From NCBI GenBank assembly GCA_027031765.1, contig JALVPN010000097.1, positions 1 to 12,992 on the forward strand: a stretch of 12,992 nucleotides of DNA, written 5' to 3'. This DNA is from Promethearchaeota archaeon. Lineage in GTDB: Archaea > Asgardarchaeota > Thorarchaeia > Thorarchaeales > Thorarchaeaceae. The first letter of the stretch is position 1; the number at the start of each line of letters is the position of its first letter. The notes beneath the pieces are model-generated. The model did not search any database. It had not been told where the DNA came from and saw only the letters and a list, made by a program, of their open reading frames with translations. Positions 6,730 through 12,992 of the stretch are shown here, one piece after another. The translations under genes and the position numbers were made by a program.

Positions 6730-7326
6730 CTACTTGAAATACTCCATGAACTCGGGCGGTTCCTCACCCTCTTCAACAAGGACAATCTGCTGGACACCGA
6801 CACGTTCTGCGTCATAGCGTCGTGCGAGGATTGTCGCGTCGAACTTCTCTCGTGCAGAGGCCTCGCGGCCGCGCCAGACCCAGATATGGTCCCACGCGTC
6901 GAGGAGAAAGACATCATCTGAGCGCAGTGAGTCGCGGCTCAATGGCACCTCTGCAAAGTAGGTGTCATCACCCTCTCGATGTATCCGGAACAACTTGTGC
7001 TCATGGGTCTCGAACTGCACTTTCCTGAGGATGCCCTCAGTGTCCTCCTCTGTGAGCCTGAAGTCATCGAACAGCGCTCTGAACTCGGGGGGCTCGTTGC
7101 CACCCTCAATCCGGTCGATGTCAGCTTCGCCCTTCCTGGCAGTGTCTTTCAGGACTGCAGCAGCTGCCGTCAGGAACTTCTCGTCCACCGACGAGCGTGG
7201 GCCAATCCACAGGTAGATCTTTGGCCCTGCATCTACAAGGTAGCAGTCGCCAAGGCCAAATGAGCCGGGATCCGGTACACGGACAAGACGACCCTTCTGG
7301 ATGTGATAGACAACTGGCTCGGTCAT
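6730..7326 (-). CDS. Two-domain gelsolin (Asgard 2DGel-type actin regulator)
   Basis: Two gelsolin repeats: GDCYLVDAGPKIYLWIG..SS.DEK...EGGNEPPEF and SDDVFLLD..DHIWVWRG..AS.REK...EEGEEPPEF, with linker EGILRKV. ATG at 7326 preferred over 7389 (198 aa; TATA 26 nt upstream). Confidence 0.92.
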   Translation of the reverse strand: MTEPVVYHIQKGRLVRVPDPGSFGLGDCYLVDAGPKIYLWIGPRSSVDEKFLTAAAAVLKDTARKGEADIDRIEGGNEPPEFRALFDDFRLTEEDTEGILRKVQFETHEHKLFRIHREGDDTYFAEVPLSRDSLRSDDVFLLDAWDHIWVWRGREASAREKFDATILARRYDAERVGVQQIVLVEEGEEPPEFMEYFK

Positions 7327-7351
7327 GAAGGAGAGTATTGTCAGGGGGGGC

Positions 7352-7358
7352 CTTAAGT
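7352..7358 (-). promoter_or_regulatory. Putative TATA box (ACTTAAG) for the gelsolin gene, leaderless
   Basis: 26 nt upstream of the ATG at 7326, and lies inside the longer ORF-caller extension, which supports the shorter start. Confidence 0.5.
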
Positions 7359-7556
7359 GATATGTGTACGGACGGCCAGTAGTCAGCACATCGGGGGAGG
7401 GGAGAGCAGAGGGCCACCCCCCTCCGACCCCACCCTTTCGACATCACGGTGGTACCGTGGGGGACATGCCTTGGGAGGACACGTGTGAGCGACACAACAC
7501 TAATGAGCGTGCTGGCACTCCTAGGATGTCACTGCGTTAAGGAGATGCACGGTGTC

Positions 7557-8735
7557 ATGGACAAGTGGGAAGAAACATTCCTTGCTGAGATTGTCGGGCT
7601 CGACACCAACAGCGAGGAAAAGAAGAACTATGTTGAGTGTGCCGAGATAGTCCAGAAGTACTGTGAGGAGGCCGGACTTTCAGTCGAAGTCTTCGACTCG
7701 AAGCACGGCGGCATGCCCCAGCCAAATGTCGTGGCCACGATGGATGTCGGGGCGGATGTGACAGTCCTCCTGTGCACGCACTACGACGTCGTCCCGGCTG
7801 GGGACACTGGCGCATGGACGCGACCGCCCTTCAGTCTTACCCGGGAGGGCGACCGGTTGTATGGGAGAGGTGTCACTGACAACAAGGGCAATATTGTTGC
7901 CACTGTCGGCGCGGCAAGGGAGCTCATCAGGCGTGGGTCGTCACACGTGAACTGGAAAATCCTTTGCAGTCCGAATGAGGAGATAGGTGGTGCGTGGGGC
8001 ATCGACTACCTAATCAACGGGCCCCCCAATATAAGGGGTGACTTTGGGATTGTTGTCGACTCCGGGCCAACCTATGTCAGTATTGGAGCGAGCGGCATCG
8101 TGAATGGGACAATCACCGTGTACGGGACGCAGGGACATGCAGGCTACCCGTTTGCCTTCAACAATGCAATCCATCTCTCACTCCCACTCCTTGAGCGGAT
8201 GCTCGACTATGTGGACATCCGTCGAAAGGTCGAGTCCCAGTACCCTGCACCGCCCGGCTCGCCCCATGCGACCTTGTGGGGCCGGTTCTCGCTGACCGTG
8301 TTCAGGGCTGGCAGCAAGACCAACATAATCCCGGGCAGGGCCGATGTGTCCTTTGACTGCAGACTCATCCCGGAGGAGGACCCGGAGGAAGTGGCAGCGG
8401 GACTTGAGGAGTTCTTCCAGACTGCAAGGGACGAGACCGGTGTCGAGGCCACGCTCGACATAATGACAAAGGTGAGTGGCTGGGGCACTGACCCAGACAA
8501 CAGATATGTCAGGTTGTTCCACGAGGCCGTGAAGCGTGCGGTCAGCACCGACATCCCAATCGCGGCGGACCTTGGTGGGAACGATGGGCACTACTTCATA
8601 GGTGTGGGCATACCGACCGTGTGCTATGGCACAATAGCTGAGGACTCCCATTTCCACGGGATTGACGAGTTCTTGCGGGTCGACGACTTTGAGAAGGTCA
8701 AACGGGCCCTGGTAGAGTTTGCGGAATCGTGTTGA
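7557..8735 (+). CDS. M20 family metallo-hydrolase (ArgE/DapE-like deacylase/peptidase)
   Basis: HYDVVP, LYGRGVTDNKG, NEEIGG, GTQGHAGYP, GSKTNIIPG, GGNDG, HFHGIDEF. Start uncertain; ATG 7557 chosen because the upstream ORF extension looks non-coding. Confidence 0.93.
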   Translation: MDKWEETFLAEIVGLDTNSEEKKNYVECAEIVQKYCEEAGLSVEVFDSKHGGMPQPNVVATMDVGADVTVLLCTHYDVVPAGDTGAWTRPPFSLTREGDRLYGRGVTDNKGNIVATVGAARELIRRGSSHVNWKILCSPNEEIGGAWGIDYLINGPPNIRGDFGIVVDSGPTYVSIGASGIVNGTITVYGTQGHAGYPFAFNNAIHLSLPLLERMLDYVDIRRKVESQYPAPPGSPHATLWGRFSLTVFRAGSKTNIIPGRADVSFDCRLIPEEDPEEVAAGLEEFFQTARDETGVEATLDIMTKVSGWGTDPDNRYVRLFHEAVKRAVSTDIPIAADLGGNDGHYFIGVGIPTVCYGTIAEDSHFHGIDEFLRVDDFEKVKRALVEFAESC

Positions 8736-8737
8736 GG

Positions 8738-9862
8738 ATGGGACTCGAAGGACTGGAGATTGGTGCGCCAGGCCCCTTTCTCCCACCGTTTGACAGCGTG
8801 GTCAGGAACGCGAGGACAGTGGACAGACTGGGATATGCAAGCATGGCGTTCCCAGACCACTTTGCAGGGTTCATACCGGAGAGCCTCTGGACACCAGACA
8901 TCACGCCGCTCGCACGGCTCCAGCGGTCACCACATACATACTACGAGATGTCCACCATCATGGCAGCGTGCGCCATGGCGACTGAACGCGTGGCCTTGGT
9001 GTCAGCAGTCACTGAGCCGATACGGCGCCATCCAGTCCTCCTAGCACAGACCTTCCTGACCCTTGACCACATATCGAGGGGGCGGGTAGTGCTCGGGATT
9101 GGCGCGGGGGAGCGCGAGAACGTGGAGCCCTATGGACTTGACTACTCACACCAGGTGGGGAGGCTCAGAGAAGCACTCGCGATAATAAGGACGGTGTGGC
9201 AGACCCATGAGCCGTTCGACTTCGAGGGGCGCTTCTGGCGGCTACGTGGAGCAGTGATGTCACTGCGCCCCTTCGTGCCCGACAGGCCACCCCCAATATG
9301 GGTCGCAGCACATGGCCCGAAGATGCTCAGGATAGCAGCCGAGTATGGGGACGGGTGGATCCCCACACTGCTCTCGCCCAAGGACTACGGGGACAGGCTG
9401 AGGGCCATATTCCGCTACAGAGAGGAGGCTGGGGTGACACGTCCCTTCACAGCTGCGCTGTGGAACTGGTGCATACTGAACAGGGAGCCGGACGTGTGCT
9501 GGGACTTGGCAAGACACCCTATTGCCAGGGCGTTCGCACTGCTATGTCCTGCGAGCGAGTGGGAACGACTGGGACATTCACACCCCTTTGGGCCGCAGTT
9601 CAATGCACTGACGGACTACGTGCCAATGGGGCTGTCCCGTAGGGCCATCACGGACGCGATAGACCGTGTCCCTGACACCATACTGTCCAAGTTCTACATG
9701 CTAGGGGACGCCGATGACATCATCAAGGGACTTGAGGAGTACGTGAAACATGGGCTCCAGCACATCATCCTCTGGAACCTCACGGGCATGCTCGACCCCA
9801 GCCTGACGCGCGAGTCATTCGCTGTGATGCGGCGCGTCCTCGAGTATGTGCGGGACTCCTAG
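8738..9862 (+). CDS. LLM-class (luciferase-like) oxidoreductase, probably F420-dependent
   Basis: LGYASMAFPDH, LAQTFLTLDHISRGRVVLGIGAGE, GRLREALAIIR, PPIWVAAHGPKMLRIAAEYGDGW. Starts 2 nt after the M20 stop (alternative TTG 8732 / GTG 8729). Confidence 0.92.
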   Translation: MGLEGLEIGAPGPFLPPFDSVVRNARTVDRLGYASMAFPDHFAGFIPESLWTPDITPLARLQRSPHTYYEMSTIMAACAMATERVALVSAVTEPIRRHPVLLAQTFLTLDHISRGRVVLGIGAGERENVEPYGLDYSHQVGRLREALAIIRTVWQTHEPFDFEGRFWRLRGAVMSLRPFVPDRPPPIWVAAHGPKMLRIAAEYGDGWIPTLLSPKDYGDRLRAIFRYREEAGVTRPFTAALWNWCILNREPDVCWDLARHPIARAFALLCPASEWERLGHSHPFGPQFNALTDYVPMGLSRRAITDAIDRVPDTILSKFYMLGDADDIIKGLEEYVKHGLQHIILWNLTGMLDPSLTRESFAVMRRVLEYVRDS

Positions 9863-10143
9863 GAAACGCCGGGGCCCATATCAGGAGGGGTCACGAGGTC
9901 GAGGACTCCTAGACAGGCGGACACCCATGAGAGATACGAGTTCATGGCCGCCCTAAGAGCGGCCAGGTCGGATGCAGAGATGTCAATCACCAGCTCATCA
10001 GCCTCACATCTCAGGGAGGCTACAGCACGGTCTGACGGGGCAGACCAGGTCTCAGGGAGGAGTGCACGGTATACTGTTGATACCACTCGTTGGTCGTCCA
10101 TGGGTACACGGACGCAGACGCTTGCACTCTGTAGCTCGGACAT
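9859..10143 (-). CDS. pcc1: KEOPS complex subunit Pcc1
   Basis: 94 aa; ALLPE, LVIDISASDLAALRAAMNSYLSW match Pcc1; expected position after brix in the exosome superoperon. Confidence 0.88.
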   Translation of the reverse strand: MSELQSASVCVRVPMDDQRVVSTVYRALLPETWSAPSDRAVASLRCEADELVIDISASDLAALRAAMNSYLSWVSACLGVLDLVTPPDMGPGVS

Positions 10144-10232
10144 TCCAAGTACGCTCCGGTCAAGGACACTCGTTTCACGCCATGCAGAAAAGCACTTCGT
10201 AGTAGAGTGGCGGGACAGCTGGCGGGCACCAC

Positions 10233-10826
10233 TCAGGGCGGGCCGGAGATGGCACGCACCCGTATCCGGGGTCCCACCTCAGTACCGTCACGTGCACTGT
10301 AGTGCGTCCACAGCGTGCGCTCACCACGCAGGTCCTGGAACCACATCACGACAGCACCCGCTGGGGCCCCCGGGTCTACGGGCACCCGTTCGGAACGCAC
10401 TGCCGGCCAGTCCAGGAGGGTACCAACCAGTTCACCAAGGCGCTGCGTCATGCCCGACGAGCCATACTTGACGGCCAGCGCAGAAAGACCACTGACTTCC
10501 TGTTTCAAGCCCCGGCAGACCTCTCGACGCAGGACGGCCGCCTCCAGATAGATGATGAAACGGTCTTCTCCAGATGGCATGACCACATGAATACGTCCCG
10601 GGTTGCCCTTGTACATGGTGACAACGAGAGCAGCCCGTGCGCCGCTGGACTTGATACGGGCCACCAGTTCGCTCCGGCTCGTCCCACCCCGGTTGAAACG
10701 CTCACTGTCAGGGAGTACGACTGAGAGGTCACGGATGAAGGAGCGGATCCTGTTTGATGTGCGGCGCGAGGTCGTGATGAGGACTGAGGCCACACGACCC
10801 CACCCCTCAGTTACTTGTACGCTCAC
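10233..10826 (-). CDS. Brix-domain ribosome biogenesis protein (archaeal Imp4-like)
   Basis: VLITTSRRTSNRIRSFIRDL..V.P...RFNRG, MYKGNPGRI, GPRIRVR. GTG start overlaps the rpl37ae TGA (GTGA). Confidence 0.88.
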   Translation of the reverse strand: MSVQVTEGWGRVASVLITTSRRTSNRIRSFIRDLSVVLPDSERFNRGGTSRSELVARIKSSGARAALVVTMYKGNPGRIHVVMPSGEDRFIIYLEAAVLRREVCRGLKQEVSGLSALAVKYGSSGMTQRLGELVGTLLDWPAVRSERVPVDPGAPAGAVVMWFQDLRGERTLWTHYSARDGTEVGPRIRVRAISGPP

Positions 10827-11239
10827 AGTTCGTCCACAGGGTGGTCATCAAGGCCCCCCATCTCGTCGGGGGTGTCGAGGCCTGGGCCGGGCATGGCGGG
10901 TGCAGGCTCCACCGGCGCTACAGGCTCTGGCACGGGGGACTCCCCGGTCTCCTCACGGAGGGAGAGCAGTTCGTCCGAGACCCTCTGTGCAATGGCACGT
11001 GCAGCGGCCCTACCAGCATCAGTGAACGGGACATACGCGCCACCTGCGAAGACCAAGTCGCATTTCCTGCACTTCCACACGCCAGCAGCAATCCGTTTGA
11101 GGGAGCCCTTTGTGGCACAGGACGGACACCTGTGGGGCTCGTGACGCCTCCGCTCCACATCAAGGACTCTGCGGCGTAGTTTGGCGCCATACCTTGGCCC
11201 AAACCGCCCTGTACTGCCAACCTTCTTTGTCCGTGCCAT
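10823..11239 (-). CDS. rpl37ae: Ribosomal protein eL43 (L37ae) with long acidic Pro-rich C-terminal extension
   Basis: MARTKKVGSTGRFGPRYGAKLRRRV, CPSC...GVWKCRKC zinc ribbon, FAGGAY. ATG 11239 preceded by GGAG. Confidence 0.97.
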   Translation of the reverse strand: MARTKKVGSTGRFGPRYGAKLRRRVLDVERRRHEPHRCPSCATKGSLKRIAAGVWKCRKCDLVFAGGAYVPFTDAGRAAARAIAQRVSDELLSLREETGESPVPEPVAPVEPAPAMPGPGLDTPDEMGGLDDHPVDEL

Positions 11240-11373
11240 TGCAGTCGTCTCCAACAGACTGGTAGGTACTTACACTGATGTCCAGACCCCTAGCTGTGAA
11301 GGGTCAGGGAGTCGCCCGACGGCTCCGCTTATTAGGGTTGTGGCAGGGCCCACGACGGCCCTGACTCTGCCGT

Positions 11374-12219
11374 TCACTCGGGGCCCTCAGACTCGTGCAC
11401 CGCATCGAGCAGGAGCTTCCGGATGTCTTTCGACCGCTCAAGGGCCATGTCCATCGCAGCGTCAATCTGATCAAGGGACATGGGACCGACGCCACCGCCC
11501 TTCTGTAGTGCTGTGAAGTTGTCGTCCTCGTCCACGGCCATGGTCAACCGGCAGTCCTGTACCATCTCCTCGCGGAGCGTGGGGTCAATGATAAGGTGCT
11601 TACCGATGCGTGCAACAGTGCACTCGATTGCCAGGTTCCTGATAGGGACTGCAATCTCCTTGCCCGTGGGTACTGCCTGGTCGTCTTCCCAGCGCATCTC
11701 GGGGAACCTCGTGCGCAGGAGTGCTGCATTGGCGGCCAGCGACGAGGCGTCGATGAGGTTGCCGTCGTACTCCAGCGGGTAGATGTCACAGAACACCATA
11801 TAGACGCTCTTCCCGGGTTCGATGCAGAGGCGTTTGACATCGACGGTCTCGGACTCACGTACCCCACGGTCCACAACACGTGCGAGTTCGATGGCGTCCT
11901 CCTTTGGAGGACCGAGCTCGAACAGTGGTGACGCAATGGGGGGCATCTCTGCAGTGACCATCGTGACCCCCTCGTCAGGCGTGTCCGGGTACGGCTCACC
12001 TATGAGGACCTTTACGCCTGCAACGACTGTCGTGTTGCCGATGTGGACTATTGCGGAGCCCTCTGCCTTTGCCGGTACCACATCGAGTTCGATGCTGATG
12101 TCCCGGTACTCGTCGAAGGCCCGGCCGTCTTGGCGCTCCCCCTGGTCAAGGAGGTCGTTTATGAAGTGACGGTCAATCACACTGATTGTTTCACCACTGA
12201 AATCGCCCACCGCTATCAC
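11374..12219 (-). CDS. rrp42: Exosome complex component Rrp42
   Basis: RQDGRAFDEYR, AEGSAIVHIGNTTVVAGVK, PYPDTPDEG, FELGPP, ELARVVDRGVRE, DIYPLEYDGNLIDA, ALQKGG. GTG start overlaps the rrp41 TGA, preceded by GGAGGA. Confidence 0.97.
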   Translation of the reverse strand: MIAVGDFSGETISVIDRHFINDLLDQGERQDGRAFDEYRDISIELDVVPAKAEGSAIVHIGNTTVVAGVKVLIGEPYPDTPDEGVTMVTAEMPPIASPLFELGPPKEDAIELARVVDRGVRESETVDVKRLCIEPGKSVYMVFCDIYPLEYDGNLIDASSLAANAALLRTRFPEMRWEDDQAVPTGKEIAVPIRNLAIECTVARIGKHLIIDPTLREEMVQDCRLTMAVDEDDNFTALQKGGGVGPMSLDQIDAAMDMALERSKDIRKLLLDAVHESEGPE

Positions 12220-12992
12220 TCCTCCATCAGGTCAGCCTCACCGAGGTCGGGCTCCATGTCGTCATCATATTCCTCGTCCTCGTCCTCATCACGTGGTATG
12301 CGTTGCACATAAGCACGTTTCAGGGCTTCTTTCTGTAGCTCGTGGATATACTTACAGGCATTGATCCCCATCTGGATTGCCTCCAGCAGCTCCTCCTTTG
12401 TGAACGAGCCGTCCTGCTGGAGGAGCACCAGTTCTTCAGTGTTGGGCAGGATTGCCATTGGGACGTCGCCCTGTCCGTACTTGTCCTCTTCATCAGCCAG
12501 GTCGACTATGAGCACACCGTCCGCCTTCCCGACCGCCACCGCGGGCACGAGACTGCGCATTGGAATCCCAGCGTCGGCCAGCGCCAAGGATGCAGCATTG
12601 ATGGCAGCACACCGCGTACCGCCATCTGCCTGGATCACCTGTATGTATACGTCCACAACCGCCCGTGGGAACTCCTCAAGGAACAGCGCAGGCTGTAGCG
12701 CATTCGAGATTACCATTGAAATCTCACGCTCACGCCTTGATGGAGCGGGCTTCTTCCGGTCTGGGACAGAGAAGGTCGCCATCCGGTAGACGCACCGCAG
12801 GTATGCACGGTCGTTCAGTGTCAGGTGTCTTGGGTGGAGCTCCCGCGGACCGTACACAGCAGCCAGGATGTATGTTTTCCCCTGCTTGATTGACGCTGAA
12901 CCATCAGCCTGTTTCAGTACGCCGACCTTTAGCTCAATTGGGCGGAGCTCGTCAGGACGACGTCCGTCAACCCTGAGCCCCTCAGGACTGAT
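12216..12992 (-). CDS. rrp41: Exosome complex exonuclease Rrp41 (5' end outside the window)
   Basis: The frame is open to the window edge (ISPEGLRVDGRRPDELRPIELKVGVLKQADGSA...), so the ORF-caller start at 12857 is internal. Motifs: VYGPRE, RREREIS, QADGGTRCAAINAA, DLADEEDKYGQGDVP (phosphorolytic site intact). Confidence 0.98.
   Translation of the reverse strand: MSPEGLRVDGRRPDELRPIELKVGVLKQADGSASIKQGKTYILAAVYGPRELHPRHLTLNDRAYLRCVYRMATFSVPDRKKPAPSRREREISMVISNALQPALFLEEFPRAVVDVYIQVIQADGGTRCAAINAASLALADAGIPMRSLVPAVAVGKADGVLIVDLADEEDKYGQGDVPMAILPNTEELVLLQQDGSFTKEELLEAIQMGINACKYIHELQKEALKRAYVQRIPRDEDEDEEYDDDMEPDLGEADLMEE

Noticed and set aside
7391-7427. Imperfect G/C-tract inverted repeat in the gelsolin/M20 divergent spacer
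   Set aside because: Low-complexity homopolymer pairing is likely by chance; no supporting context.
7327-7556. ORF-caller N-terminal extensions of gelsolin (to 7389) and M20 (from 7449)
   Set aside because: They span promoter-like motifs and lie before the recognisable domain starts.
8178-8786. 202-aa antisense ORF within the M20 gene, and 9944..10471 on the + strand
   Set aside because: Shadow ORFs opposite well-supported conserved genes.

Overview
GC-rich archaeal chromosomal window, almost certainly Asgard (Thorarchaeia-like). The evidence is a eukaryote-like actin (3810-4949), a two-domain gelsolin (6730-7326) and the 3' part of the archaeal exosome superoperon (rrp41-rrp42-rpl37ae-brix-pcc1, minus strand, right end). 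It also encodes an M20 hydrolase plus an F420-type LLM oxidoreductase and a 7-bladed FG-GAP-like beta-propeller. Three actin-flanking features are not explained by standard annotation: (i) a coupled two-gene unit divergent from actin, encoding a winged-helix + CARF-like regulator and a Mini-III-like RNase III; (ii) an apparently ATPase-dead, Zn-finger-less MCM-like protein between actin and gelsolin; (iii) a stand-alone primase-large-subunit Fe-S-domain-like protein. No rRNA, tRNA, CRISPR array or mobile element was recognised. All family assignments come from motif recognition by eye; no searches were run.
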